Shown: positions 17,701 through 27,466, numbered from the stretch's first letter. The stretch: DNA of 44,448 nucleotides from an uncultured Actinomycetota bacterium (GCA_964415205.1 CAYPZH010000003.1:1736-46183); one strand, 5' to 3'. Notes: generated by a model not told the origin, from the sequence alone. Translations and numbers: made by a program.

Positions 17701-19299
17701 ATGGAGCCTAAGAGCAAGAGGTTATTCCTCGTCGGTCTCGATGGCTGCACGTGGAAAGTGCTGCGGCCGATGATGGAGAAGGGATCAATGCCCTTCCTCA
17801 AGTCGCTGTACGAGGGAGGGGTAAGCGCGGACCTTTTGAGCACCTTCCCGCCCGTGACCGCCCCCGCCTGGATATCCCTGGCCACCGGCTTGAACCCGGG
17901 AAGAACGGGCGTCTACGATTTTAACAACCGCACGGATTTCACCTATTCCGTGCACGCCGTCAACTCCAGTTACTTCCGGGGCAGTTCCATGTGGGATATC
18001 CTGTCCGCGAGCGGCCTCAAGGTGTGCGTCCTCTATTACCCCATGCTCTATCCCGCCTACGAGATAAACGGCTGCATGGTCAGCGGCCTCGGGGGCTTCA
18101 GCGACCGGGGGGCGTTCTATCCCGCGGGGTTGTTCGCGGAGCTCAAGGACAGTTTCACCGACCTCTCGCTGGTGGTCGACTATAACGAGGAGAGATACGA
18201 CGACCTTGGCGCCTTCTGGAGGGATATCCTGGAAGCCGAGGACAGGCTCTTCGAGATATTCGCTCATGTCCTGCGGGATGACTATGACGTCTGCTGCATG
18301 GTCATCTCACTAACGGACCTCGTCCAGCACCGGGCGTGGCCTCTTATCGAGGCTTTCATCGCGGCGGAGGACGGCGCCGGGGGGGAGGAGCTGTGCCGTT
18401 TCTGGAGCAAGCTGGACAGCGGACTAGAGGCGCTCCTGGAAGGACACGTGGGTGAGAGCGACATCATCTTCGTCTCCGACCACGGCTTCGGAGCGCAGGA
18501 CGTCACCTTTAATCTCTCCAGATGGCTGATCGAGGCCGGCTACTCGCGGGAGAGCAAGGGAAAAGGGGTGCTGTCCGGGTCCGTGGTGAGCCAGGTAAGG
18601 CGGAGGGCCCTGGAGAACCCCGTGCTGCACAAGCTGGCACGGAGGCTGAAATCGACCACCATGGCCCAGGGCCTGCAGGCGGAGTTCGAGACCGCTGATA
18701 CCGGCATAGACATCAAGGGCAGCTGCGCCTTCACCCTGGACCATACCATCCCCTTCGGGGCCGTGTACCTCAACCTCGCCGGCAGGGAGAAGAACGGCTT
18801 TCTGAGCCGGTCCGATTACGACCGGATCAGGGAAAGGCTGCGCCGCGAACTCGCGGACTACCTGGCCGCAAACGACCTTGGCCTGGACGCTTTCCTGCCC
18901 GAGGAGATATACCACGGCTCTAACATCGGCTTCGCCCCCGACCTGCTCTTCATGGTCGATGGGGGGAGGGGCGTGGTGGTGAGGAGGAGAGAGGGCAGGA
19001 TACTGGCGCAGGAGCCCTACTCAAACCGGCATCTGGGGTCGCACCGCAAGGAGGGCATCTTCCTCGCCCACGGGCCCAGCATCGACGGCAGTTGCGGCGG
19101 CCTGGGGGATATGGACATCCTCGACGTACTGCCCCTGTGCGCGGTCATCGCCGGCATCGACCTGCCCTACGGGGTCGACGGCACCCTGAGGGAGGACGTC
19201 CTCGCGAGCGGGGCTTGGGCATCCCGCAAGGGCGTGATCGAGACCTTGCGGGAAAAAGAGCGCATCAAGAACAAGATCCGAGGCCTGGACATCTCATGA
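17701..19299 (+). CDS. Alkaline-phosphatase-superfamily protein, type I phosphodiesterase/nucleotide pyrophosphatase-like (paralog 2), cytoplasmic
   Basis: The start is set at MEPKSKRLFLVGLDGCTW, which aligns with the N-termini of the two paralogs. FPPVTAPAWISLATGLNPG and FVSDHGFGA motifs are present. The upstream 101 codons of the listed ORF are Pro/Arg/Gly-rich non-coding read-through. Confidence 0.8.
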   Translation: MEPKSKRLFLVGLDGCTWKVLRPMMEKGSMPFLKSLYEGGVSADLLSTFPPVTAPAWISLATGLNPGRTGVYDFNNRTDFTYSVHAVNSSYFRGSSMWDILSASGLKVCVLYYPMLYPAYEINGCMVSGLGGFSDRGAFYPAGLFAELKDSFTDLSLVVDYNEERYDDLGAFWRDILEAEDRLFEIFAHVLRDDYDVCCMVISLTDLVQHRAWPLIEAFIAAEDGAGGEELCRFWSKLDSGLEALLEGHVGESDIIFVSDHGFGAQDVTFNLSRWLIEAGYSRESKGKGVLSGSVVSQVRRRALENPVLHKLARRLKSTTMAQGLQAEFETADTGIDIKGSCAFTLDHTIPFGAVYLNLAGREKNGFLSRSDYDRIRERLRRELADYLAANDLGLDAFLPEEIYHGSNIGFAPDLLFMVDGGRGVVVRRREGRILAQEPYSNRHLGSHRKEGIFLAHGPSIDGSCGGLGDMDILDVLPLCAVIAGIDLPYGVDGTLREDVLASGAWASRKGVIETLREKERIKNKIRGLDIS

Positions 19300-19384
19300 G
19301 ATGTCCGCCGTCCCCCCGCGCCTTGTCCAGCAATCTCTCCCCCGCCACGTCCCCCGCTTCCGCATCCCTTCCCCAGTCCCGCTT

Positions 19385-19414
19385 TTGACCGCGGTCGTTT
19401 TTTGTCTATAGAAT
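19385..19414 (+). promoter_or_regulatory. Sigma70-type promoter, TTGACC-18-TAGAAT
   Basis: Near-consensus hexamers in an AT-enriched patch about 50 nt upstream of the GTG at 19463. Confidence 0.45.
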
Positions 19415-19462
19415 GGTATGCGTATTTGCGCACCCGTTCGATTCCTAAACCTGGGGGGAGCC

Positions 19463-20323
19463 GTGAAGATAAGCCTGGTGATCCCGGCGTACAACGAAGA
19501 GGAAGCCATCGGGGAAGACCTGAGTACCGCCATAGAGACCCTGGAGAGGCACTACGACGACTGGGAGATAATCGTCGTGGACGACGGCTCCGCCGATTCC
19601 ACTGCGAGCATCGTCGAGTCCTTCCCCGGCGTGAAGCTCGTAAAGCACCCCTATAACATGGGCGGCGGAAGGGCCCGCAGCACCGGCATAAGAAAGGCAG
19701 AGGGGGAGATAGTCGTCATAACGGACGGGGACGGCACTTACCCCATGCGGGACATCCCGCGCCTGGTGGATGAACTCGACAACTGCGCCATGGTCGTGGG
19801 GGCGAGGACGAAAGAGGCGGGTACCCTGAAGTTCCTGCGCATCCCGGCGAAGTTCTTCATCCGCAAGCTGGCCGAGTTCGTGAGCGGAGCGAAGATACCC
19901 GACCTCAATTCCGGCATGCGGGCGCTGCGGCGCGAAGACGCCCTGCCCTATCTGAACATACTGCCGCCGGGACATTCATGGGTCAGCACCATCACCCTGG
20001 CTTTTCTCAACAACGGCCTGGGGGTGAGATACGTGCCCATCGATTACTTTCCCCGCAAGGGGAAGTCGACTTTCCATCCCGTCAAGGATACGGGTTATTA
20101 CCTCATGACCGTTATCCGCACCGTGACCTGGTTCAGCCCCCTGAAGATATTCCTGCCCCCCGCCCTGCTGCTGCTTCTCCTGGGGGTCGGCAAGGGCATC
20201 GCCGACATTATCCAGTACAACTGGCGTTTCACCAGCAGCACCATCATCCTCCTCCTCGCCGGCCTGCAGATACTCGTGCTCGGGCTCATCGCGGACATGA
20301 TCGCCAAGAGGAGCGGTTTATGA
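19463..20323 (+). CDS. Polyprenol-phosphate glycosyltransferase (GT2, DPM1/GtrB/ArnC-like) with a C-terminal TM hairpin
   Basis: GTG start preceded by GGGGGGAG. ISLVIPAYNEEEAI...VVDDGSADST...ITDGDGTYP motifs and two C-terminal TM helices are present. Confidence 0.85.
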   Translation: MKISLVIPAYNEEEAIGEDLSTAIETLERHYDDWEIIVVDDGSADSTASIVESFPGVKLVKHPYNMGGGRARSTGIRKAEGEIVVITDGDGTYPMRDIPRLVDELDNCAMVVGARTKEAGTLKFLRIPAKFFIRKLAEFVSGAKIPDLNSGMRALRREDALPYLNILPPGHSWVSTITLAFLNNGLGVRYVPIDYFPRKGKSTFHPVKDTGYYLMTVIRTVTWFSPLKIFLPPALLLLLLGVGKGIADIIQYNWRFTSSTIILLLAGLQILVLGLIADMIAKRSGL

Positions 20324-21276
20324 CCGCGAGGGTGCTCATCACCGGGGCGGACGGTTTCGTGGGCCGGCACCTGGCTTCCTTTCTGGCGCGCGAGGACGAC
20401 GTGAAGGTGCTGGGCCTGGACCTGCGCCCCGGGCGCGACGAGCCCCCCTGGGACCGCTGCGAGTACGGGGAATGCGACATCCTCGACCGCGGCAGCGTCT
20501 TTTCTCACGTGCAGAGGTTCCGGCCCGATCACGTCTTCCACCTTGCCGCCCAGAGCTCGGTGCGCCGTTCCTGGGAGGACCCGGGGCTGACCTACGATAT
20601 CGCCCTCACCGGCCAGTCGAACCTTTTCGATGCCCTGCGCGAGACGGGAACAAGCGCCAGGGTGCACGTGGCCTGTTCCGCCGAGGAATACGGCATGGTC
20701 AAAGAGGACGAACTGCCGATAAAGGAGGACCATCCCCTGCGCCCCGCCAGCCCGTATGCCTTGAGCAAGGTGATGCAGGATTACCACGCCGTTTTCTGCC
20801 ACGAGGCCTTCGGCATCGAGACCATCGTGACCCGCGCCTTCAACATGATCGGCCCGGGGCAGTCGCCCGATTTCGTGGTCTCCGATTTCGCCCGCCAGGT
20901 AGCTGAAGCTGAAGCGGGCATGAGGGAGGCGGTGATACGGGTGGGCAACCTGGAGGCGAGGCGGGACTTCTCTGACGTGCGCGACCTGGTGGGAGCATAC
21001 TGGCTGCTGCTGCGGAGGGGCGTGCCGGGAGAGGCGTACAACGTGTGCAGCGGCGGCGACCACTCCATCGCTGAGGTGCTGGAGATACTCCTCTCCATGA
21101 GCGACACGGCCATCCGGGTCGAGGTTGACCCGGCCAGGATGCGCAAGGCGGACATACCCGTGCTACGGGGAGACAACGCCAAGATGCGAGAAGTGACGGG
21201 ATGGGCCCCGGGGCATTCGCTGGAGGAAACCCTGCGCGACGTGCTCGAGCGGTGGCGGGAGGAGCTGAGCGGTTGA
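20320..21276 (+). CDS. rmd: GDP-4-dehydro-6-deoxy-D-mannose reductase (Rmd-like SDR)
   Basis: ATGA overlap with the upstream stop. GADGFVGRHL, PASPYALSK, RAFNMIGPGQSPDFVVSDFARQVA and VDPARMRKADIPVLRGDNAKMREVTGWAP closely parallel Pseudomonas Rmd as I recall it. Confidence 0.72.
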   Translation: MTARVLITGADGFVGRHLASFLAREDDVKVLGLDLRPGRDEPPWDRCEYGECDILDRGSVFSHVQRFRPDHVFHLAAQSSVRRSWEDPGLTYDIALTGQSNLFDALRETGTSARVHVACSAEEYGMVKEDELPIKEDHPLRPASPYALSKVMQDYHAVFCHEAFGIETIVTRAFNMIGPGQSPDFVVSDFARQVAEAEAGMREAVIRVGNLEARRDFSDVRDLVGAYWLLLRRGVPGEAYNVCSGGDHSIAEVLEILLSMSDTAIRVEVDPARMRKADIPVLRGDNAKMREVTGWAPGHSLEETLRDVLERWREELSG

Positions 21277-21321
21277 GCGGGGGAGAGCGCGGCTACAAGA
21301 CCGGACGGGCACGGACATGCG

Positions 21322-21350
21322 TTGATTATTTACCGTAGGGATTCTAATAT
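21322..21350 (+). promoter_or_regulatory. Sigma70-type promoter, TTGATT-17-TAATAT
   Basis: Near-consensus -35/-10 hexamers with a 17-nt spacer, about 50 nt upstream of the ATG at 21402. Confidence 0.5.
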
Positions 21351-21401
21351 AGCCTGGAATCCGGGAGCGGTCGCCCGGGGAGAAGGACGGGAGGTCGAGA
21401 C

Positions 21402-22514
21402 ATGCAGGCGGTGATATTAGTGGGAGGCCAGGGCACGCGGCTGCGGCCCCTTACCCTCAACGTCCCCAAGCCCATGCTGCCGCTCATGAACCTGCCCTTC
21501 CTGGAGTTCCAGATAAAGCTGTGCCTGAGGCACGGTATCAGGGACATCATCCTCTCCACCGCCTACAAGCCGGAGGTCTTCGCGGAGTATTTCGGGGACG
21601 GCAGCCGTCTCGGCGTCAAGCTGACCTGCGTGACCGAGGAAGAGCCGCTGGACACCTGCGGCGCGGTGAAGAACGTGGAACGCCACATATCAGGGACCTT
21701 CCTGGTCTTCAACGGCGACGTCCTCACCGACATCGACCTCACCAGCCTCGTCTCCTTCCACCGCGAGAAGGGCGGCAAGGCAACCCTCTACCTGACGCGA
21801 GTCGAGGACCCCACTGCGTACGGCCTGGTGCCCCTGGACCGCCAGGGCCGCATAACCGAGTTCCTGGAGAAACCGTCGTGGGACGAGGTGGTCACCGACC
21901 TCATCAACGCCGGCACCTACGTCCTGGAGCCCGAGCTTCTAGAGCGCGTTCCGGAAGGGGAGAGGTTTTCCTTCGAGCGCCAGCTATTCCCGGGTATGCT
22001 CGAGGACGGCATCGGCATGTACGGCTTTCCCAGCGACGCCTACTGGATGGACATCGGGACCCCCGCCAAATACCTGCAGGCGCACTACGATATCCTCAGC
22101 CGCATGATGCCCTTCGATTTCCGGGGCGAGACGGTCAAGCCGTCGGTGTGGGTTGAGGGTAGCGCCGATATCTCGCCCGGTGCCGCGGTGTTCGGGCCCA
22201 CGGTCATCGGCGACGGGTGCCGCATCGCGTCCCATGCCACCGTATCCAGCAACTGCGTGCTGGGTCCGGGGTGCGAGGTGGGTGAGGGCGCCCACCTGGA
22301 GGGGGCGGTTCTGCATGAGGGCTGCCGCGTCGGCGAGGAGAGCGTGCTGCGGCGCTGCATCCTGGCCGCCGGGGTGAGCATAGGCGAGAGGGTACACGTG
22401 TCGGACCAGGCGGTGTTGGGGGGAGGAGTAGTGGTCGGGGAAGACAACGACCTCAAGTGCGGTATAAAAGTCTGGCCGCAGGCGAAGATACCACCATCGA
22501 CCCTGCGCTTTTAG
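21402..22514 (+). CDS. manC: Mannose-1-phosphate guanylyltransferase (GDP-mannose pyrophosphorylase), NTP-transferase plus left-handed beta-helix
   Basis: MQAVILVGGQGTRLRPLTLNVPKPMLP, STAYKPEVFAEYFGDGS and a hexapeptide-repeat C-terminus. It is very similar to the actinobacterial GDP-mannose pyrophosphorylase (Mtb ManB type) as I recall it. Confidence 0.82.
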   Translation: MQAVILVGGQGTRLRPLTLNVPKPMLPLMNLPFLEFQIKLCLRHGIRDIILSTAYKPEVFAEYFGDGSRLGVKLTCVTEEEPLDTCGAVKNVERHISGTFLVFNGDVLTDIDLTSLVSFHREKGGKATLYLTRVEDPTAYGLVPLDRQGRITEFLEKPSWDEVVTDLINAGTYVLEPELLERVPEGERFSFERQLFPGMLEDGIGMYGFPSDAYWMDIGTPAKYLQAHYDILSRMMPFDFRGETVKPSVWVEGSADISPGAAVFGPTVIGDGCRIASHATVSSNCVLGPGCEVGEGAHLEGAVLHEGCRVGEESVLRRCILAAGVSIGERVHVSDQAVLGGGVVVGEDNDLKCGIKVWPQAKIPPSTLRF

Positions 22515-22611
22515 AGCTATGGAAAAGAAGCTCTCGCGAAGGCATAATGGACGGATGAAGAAAAGCCGCTCCTGAGTAAAAGGGCGCAGCGAGGGAACAA
22601 GGAGGAAGGTC

Positions 22612-23565
22612 TTGCGTATTCTGATAACCGGCATCACCGGCTTTGTAGGCAGCCACCTGGCCGAATATGCGTTGGACAAGGAGGGAGTCGAGGTCTACGG
22701 CGCGGTGCGCTGGAGGTCGCGCATGGAGAACATAGAGAACATCGAGGACCGCGTCCATCTCCTCGACTGCGACCTGCGCGACAACGTGGCGGTCAAGAAA
22801 ACCCTGGAGGAGGTCAAGCCCGATTACATCTTCCACCTGGCGGCGCAGAGTTTCGTCCCCACCTCATGGAAAGCTCCCGCCGAGACCCTTACCACCAACA
22901 TCCTCTCGGAGCTGAACCTCCTGGAGTCCATACGCGACCTGGGGCTGGACACCCGCATCCAGGTAGCCGGCTCCAGCGAGGAGTACGGCCTGGTCTACGA
23001 GCACGAGGCGCCCATCAAGGAGGACAACCCGCTGCGGCCGCTCTCGCCCTACGCGGTGAGCAAAGTGGCCCAGGACTACCTCGCATACCAGTACCACAAG
23101 AGCTACGGCATCTTCACCGTGCGCACGCGCGCCTTCAACCACACCGGACCGCGCCGCGGGCGGGTCTTCGTGACCAGCGATTTCTCCCGCCAGGTGGCAC
23201 TGATCGAGAAGGGAAAGAAGGAGCCGGTCATCGAGGTGGGCAACCTCGAAGCCAGGCGCGACTTCAGCGACGTCAGGGACATCGTGCGCGGCTACTGGCT
23301 GAGCCTGGAGAAAGGTGAACCAGGGGAGGTCTACAACCTGGGCTCCGGCAAGGCCATAACCATCCAGGCGCTGCTCGACCTCATCCTTTCCATGAGCGAT
23401 GTAGAGATCGAGGTGCGGCAGATGCCGGAGCGCATGCGCCCCTCAGACGTGGAGCTGCTGCTCTGCGACTACGGGAAATTCAACCGCGCCACCGGGTGGA
23501 AGCCGGAGATACCCCTCGAGAAGACCGTCGGGGATCTGCTCGATTACTGGCGCGAACGCGTTTGA
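22612..23565 (+). CDS. gmd: GDP-mannose 4,6-dehydratase (short SDR type)
   Basis: TTG start after [36 protein letters not shown] and [14 protein letters not shown] match the Gmd FNHESPRRG..FVT motif. Confidence 0.72.
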   Translation: MRILITGITGFVGSHLAEYALDKEGVEVYGAVRWRSRMENIENIEDRVHLLDCDLRDNVAVKKTLEEVKPDYIFHLAAQSFVPTSWKAPAETLTTNILSELNLLESIRDLGLDTRIQVAGSSEEYGLVYEHEAPIKEDNPLRPLSPYAVSKVAQDYLAYQYHKSYGIFTVRTRAFNHTGPRRGRVFVTSDFSRQVALIEKGKKEPVIEVGNLEARRDFSDVRDIVRGYWLSLEKGEPGEVYNLGSGKAITIQALLDLILSMSDVEIEVRQMPERMRPSDVELLLCDYGKFNRATGWKPEIPLEKTVGDLLDYWRERV

Positions 23566-23617
23566 TCCCGCTGTAAGCCACCGGGACGAGGAAAGCCGGA
23601 CCGATAAGGAGCATGAA

Positions 23618-24874
23618 ATGGACTACGACGTAAAGGACCTATCCCTCGCGAACGAGGGGAGGCTGAGGATAGAGTGGGCGGAGCGGGACATGCCCGTGCT
23701 GCGCCAGATCAAGGAGCGCTTCGCGGCGGAGAAGCCGCTCGCCGGGGTGAGGGTAGGGGCGTGCCTGCACGTGACCACGGAGACCGCCAACCTCATGGCC
23801 ACCCTGAAGGCGGGGGGAGCGAAGGTGGCTCTGTGCGCCTCCAACCCCCTCTCCACCCAGGATGACGTGGCCGCCTCCCTGGTCAAGCACGACAAGATCC
23901 CCGTCTTCGCCATCCGCGGGGAGAACAACAAGACCTACTATTCACACATAGACTCCGTGCTCGATATCAAGCCGCACGTGACCATGGACGACGGGGCGGA
24001 CCTCATCTCCACCCTGCACTCCAAGCGCAAGGAGCAGGCGAAGAAGGTGTGGGCAGGGGCGGAAGAGACCACCACCGGGGTCATCCGCCTGCGGGCCATG
24101 GCCGAGGACGGCGTGCTCCTCTACCCGGTGATCGCGGTCAACAACGCCAAGACCAAGCACCTCTTCGACAACCGCTTCGGCACCGGACAGTCGACCCTGG
24201 ACGGCATCCTGCGCGCCACCAACGTCCTCCTGGCTGGCAGGCGCGTGGTCGTCTACGGTTACGGCATGTGCGGACGGGGCGTCGCCTCGCGGGCCCGGGG
24301 GCTCGGCGCCCACGTCATCGTGGTGGAGGTCGATCCCCTGCGGGCTCTGGAGGCCGTGATGGAGGGATTCGAGGTGTCGGGTTGCGTGTCCGCGGCGGAG
24401 AAAGGGGACCTGTTCATCACCGTGACCGGCGACATCCACGTGCTCAGGGGCGAGCACTTCAAGAGGATGAAGGACGGCGCCATCCTGGCCAACTCCGGCC
24501 ACTTCAACGTGGAGATAGACATCCCCGCCCTGGAGAAGCTGTCGAAGTCAAGGCGCAGGGTGCGGGAGAACGTCGAGGAGTTTTTGATGAAGGACGGGCG
24601 CCGCATCTACCTCCTGGCCGACGGCAGACTGGTCAACCTGGCCGCCGCCGAGGGCCATCCCGCCTCGGTGATGGACATGTCCTTCGCCAACCAGGCCCTG
24701 GTGGTGGAGTACGTGAAGGAATGCCACGCCGACCTGGAGAGGGTGGTCTACGACGTGCCGCTGGAGCTGGACGAGGAGATAGCCCGCCTCAAGCTCATCA
24801 GCATGGGCGTGGAGATCGACTGCCTCACCCGCGAGCAGGAGCGGTACCTTTGCAGTTGGGACATGGGGACTTGA
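23618..24874 (+). CDS. ahcY: Adenosylhomocysteinase (S-adenosyl-L-homocysteine hydrolase)
   Basis: The N-terminus [22 protein letters not shown], then [23 protein letters not shown] and the NAD-binding [12 protein letters not shown] motif; 418 aa. Confidence 0.93.
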   Translation: MDYDVKDLSLANEGRLRIEWAERDMPVLRQIKERFAAEKPLAGVRVGACLHVTTETANLMATLKAGGAKVALCASNPLSTQDDVAASLVKHDKIPVFAIRGENNKTYYSHIDSVLDIKPHVTMDDGADLISTLHSKRKEQAKKVWAGAEETTTGVIRLRAMAEDGVLLYPVIAVNNAKTKHLFDNRFGTGQSTLDGILRATNVLLAGRRVVVYGYGMCGRGVASRARGLGAHVIVVEVDPLRALEAVMEGFEVSGCVSAAEKGDLFITVTGDIHVLRGEHFKRMKDGAILANSGHFNVEIDIPALEKLSKSRRRVRENVEEFLMKDGRRIYLLADGRLVNLAAAEGHPASVMDMSFANQALVVEYVKECHADLERVVYDVPLELDEEIARLKLISMGVEIDCLTREQERYLCSWDMGT

Positions 24875-24875
24875 C

Positions 24876-25085
24876 GGGTCAGGCTTCTTGCCCTTTTGCA
24901 TTCCACTAAAGACAGCTACCTTCACCTGGGCCGCGTGAATGCAAAATGCAAGACCTGACCCCCAGACAATCAGAGAACGTTGGCCCTGGGAGATCGGGTT
25001 TGCTGTGCCGGTCGGGGATCCATTGATCCAACCTCATTCTTACGTAATGGCGACTGGGGCCAGTATAAATGCTGGCCCCAGTCGC
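24876..25085 (+). repeat. Composite hairpin element, copy A (long imperfect hairpin, conserved linker block, then a perfect 14-bp hairpin)
   Basis: Hairpin 1 spans 24876..24961 (gggtcagg...cctgaccc arms). The conserved block aacgttggccctgggagat is at 24977..24994. Hairpin 2 is gcgactggggccag-tataaatg-ctggccccagtcgc at 25050..25085. The same order and spacing are seen at 42207..42422. Confidence 0.8.
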
Positions 25086-25251
25086 TTACGCGATATGGTC
25101 CACGAAGCTTTGGCCGCAGACCCGCGGGTTATCATGCGGGCATTGCATCTAATGGCGGACAGGGGCCGGTGGATATCCCCACTCCCAACCTATCTATTAG
25201 CATTGAGCACTGGTCGACCTCGCTGAGGAGCGCGGATACGCTGTCGATCTT

Positions 25252-26289
25252 TTAAAGGTTGTCCTCTTTCCAGCGCAGGTAGATGGATTCGATGTCCAGG
25301 GTGGAACGCTTCCCCAGGTATTCGTAACTCGCGTCGAGCCAGCCAGAGGCGGTGCGGTACCCGATGTCGTGCAGGTGTATAAGGAACGCCCATTCCGAGT
25401 TGAGCTTGCTGGAGACGCCCAGTTGCTTGAGTTCGTCTTCGGCGTGGATGCGGTGGAAGAGGACGTCCTTGAACTTCTGCCCTTCGAGGCCGGCGGATGA
25501 GATGAGCTCCTTCAGGACGGCGATGGCCTTTACCTCCTTGATCAGGCTGGAGTTGAAGGTGATCTCGTTGATGCGGTTGAGGATATCCGGTGCCGTACGG
25601 GGGACCTCCTCCCGATAAAGGGGATTGATCTGCACGATGACGATATCGCGGGAGCGGCAGTCGTCCACCAGTGGGAAGAGGGCGGGATTGCCCATGTAGC
25701 CGCCGTCCCAGTAAGCCTCGCCGTCTATCTCCACCGCCTGGAAGGCGAAGGGCAGGCAGGCGTAGGCCATGACCATGTCCGCTGTCATCTCCCGGCGGTG
25801 GAAGACCTTCTGCTTGCCGGTGCGGACGTTGGTGGCCACCACGAAGACCTTGATACCCTCGGCGTGGCGGACGTGCTCGAAGTCCACGAGGGAGGAGACC
25901 AGGTCGCGTAGCGGATTGAGGTTGAAAGGGTTCAACTGGTAGGGAGAGAACATGCGCGACAGGGCATCGAAGAAGATATAACCGGGCGAGAAGTCCAGGG
26001 TCCAGCGCCCGAACAGCATGTCCAGCCAGGTGCGCTTGAGGGGTGATAAAGTCCCTGCCCGGCTGACCCCGGACCAGAACCGCTGCAATGCCTGCCGGGC
26101 TCCTTCCCTGCCGCCGGTGTCGAAGCCGTCGGCCACTACCACCGCGTTCATGGCGCCCGCGCTGGTACCGCATATGCCCTCGATCTCGATGCGGTCGTCC
26201 TCCAGCAGGCGGTCCAGCTCGCCCCAGGTGAACGCCCCGTGCGCCCCGCCCCCCTGCAGGGCCAGGTCAATTCTCTTCGGTTTCGCCAT
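25252..26289 (-). CDS. Patatin-like phospholipase
   Basis: LALQGGGAHGAF oxyanion motif, GTSAG nucleophile elbow (GxSxG), and the catalytic Asp context in WDGGYMGNPA; 345 aa. Confidence 0.9.
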   Translation of the reverse strand: MAKPKRIDLALQGGGAHGAFTWGELDRLLEDDRIEIEGICGTSAGAMNAVVVADGFDTGGREGARQALQRFWSGVSRAGTLSPLKRTWLDMLFGRWTLDFSPGYIFFDALSRMFSPYQLNPFNLNPLRDLVSSLVDFEHVRHAEGIKVFVVATNVRTGKQKVFHRREMTADMVMAYACLPFAFQAVEIDGEAYWDGGYMGNPALFPLVDDCRSRDIVIVQINPLYREEVPRTAPDILNRINEITFNSSLIKEVKAIAVLKELISSAGLEGQKFKDVLFHRIHAEDELKQLGVSSKLNSEWAFLIHLHDIGYRTASGWLDASYEYLGKRSTLDIESIYLRWKEDNL

Positions 26290-26440
26290 GGTTCCACCTC
26301 ACCGTCTCTCTGAATGCATTACCGGTCGATGAAAATATTCTTCCCATGATGCGTTGGATATGATGGGGTAAGTGTATATGGGTGGGTTATTATATTGATT
26401 GATGGTTGCACGCACGCTCGCCGGAAGAAGAGGTCTACGC

Positions 26441-27463
26441 ATGGAGGGCACTGGTTTCAGGGCGGTTGACTGGCGGGACGGCAGGGTGATCCTGCTGGAC
26501 CAGACGCGCCTTCCGGGCGAGGAGGTCTACCTGGAGTTGGCGGACTGGCGGGAGGTGGCGGAGGCCATCTCCACCATGAAGGTGCGCGGGGCACCGGCCA
26601 TCGGCATTGCCGCCGCCTACGGCGTGGTGCTGGCGGCGCAGGCGGGTGGTGGAGCGGAAGAGTTCGCGCATGCCTGCGACGGACTGGCCCGCACGCGCCC
26701 CACCGCCGTCAACCTCTCTTGGGCCGTGGAGCGCATGCGCGCCCTGGCCGCGGAGGCCGACCCCGCCGCGCTCGCCGGCGAGCTGCTCGCGGAGGCCGGC
26801 CGCATCGCGGCGGAACAGGACGCCGCCGACCGCGCCATCGGAGAGCTGGGAGCCGGCCTGCTGCCCGAAGGGTGCCGCGTCCTCACCCACTGCAACGCCG
26901 GAGGGCTCGCCACCTGGTCCTACGGCACCGCCCTGGGGGTGATCAAGGCCGCCTATGCGCGGGGGAAGATCGCCCACGTGTGGGTGGATGAGACGCGGCC
27001 GCTGTTGCAGGGAGCCCGCCTCACTGCGTGGGAGCTGCAGCGCGAGGGTGTGCCCTTCTCGGTCATCTGCGATAACATGGCCGGGCACCTCATGTCCCTG
27101 GGCGAGGTGGACGCGGTGGTCACCGGCGCGGACCGCATCGCCGCTAACGGCGACAGCGCCAACAAGATCGGCACCTACTCCCTGGCGGTGCTGGCCGCCC
27201 ACCACCGCCTGCCCTTCTATGTCGCCGCGCCCATGTCCACGCTAGACACAGGCGCCGCGGACGGCTCCGTCATCCCCATCGAGGAGAGAGACGCCGCCGA
27301 GGTGACGTCGTGCGGGGGGACGGCAACGGCCCCTGTGGGGGCGGCGGCGCGCAATTTCGCCTTCGACGTCACGCCCGCTGAGCTGATATCGGCTATTATT
27401 ACGGAAAGAGGGGTGGCACGCCCGCCCTACGGTCCCGCGCTGCGAGGGATGAAGGAGGCTTGA
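26441..27463 (+). CDS. mtnA: S-methyl-5-thioribose-1-phosphate isomerase (eIF-2B alpha/beta/delta-like family)
   Basis: [31 protein letters not shown] and [18 protein letters not shown] motifs. The start is set at [11 protein letters not shown]. Confidence 0.88.
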   Translation: MEGTGFRAVDWRDGRVILLDQTRLPGEEVYLELADWREVAEAISTMKVRGAPAIGIAAAYGVVLAAQAGGGAEEFAHACDGLARTRPTAVNLSWAVERMRALAAEADPAALAGELLAEAGRIAAEQDAADRAIGELGAGLLPEGCRVLTHCNAGGLATWSYGTALGVIKAAYARGKIAHVWVDETRPLLQGARLTAWELQREGVPFSVICDNMAGHLMSLGEVDAVVTGADRIAANGDSANKIGTYSLAVLAAHHRLPFYVAAPMSTLDTGAADGSVIPIEERDAAEVTSCGGTATAPVGAAARNFAFDVTPAELISAIITERGVARPPYGPALRGMKEA

Positions 27464-27466
27464 GAG

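Noticed and set aside
23566-23617. SAH riboswitch upstream of ahcY.
   Set aside because: The spacer is only 52 nt, and I could not find the conserved SAH-riboswitch pseudoknot or core sequences. It is too short for the aptamer plus an expression platform.
24939-25255. Small ORFs (95 and 91 aa) crossing repeat copy A, and the 67-aa ORF at 42365..42568 crossing copy B. They share the peptide NGDWGQ(Y/H)KCWPQ.
   Set aside because: The shared peptide comes from the conserved 37-nt hairpin block. The flanking ORF sequence is not conserved between copies, and the single substitution is non-synonymous. Conservation of DNA or RNA structure is the simpler explanation.
25252-26289. Patatin-like phospholipase as a possible CBASS or other defence effector.
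   Set aside because: There is no adjacent cyclase/nucleotidyltransferase, SAVED/STING, E1/E2/JAB or other defence partner. The sequence resembles the common stand-alone RssA/YjjU-type patatin with a C-terminal extension. Its neighbours are salvage genes.
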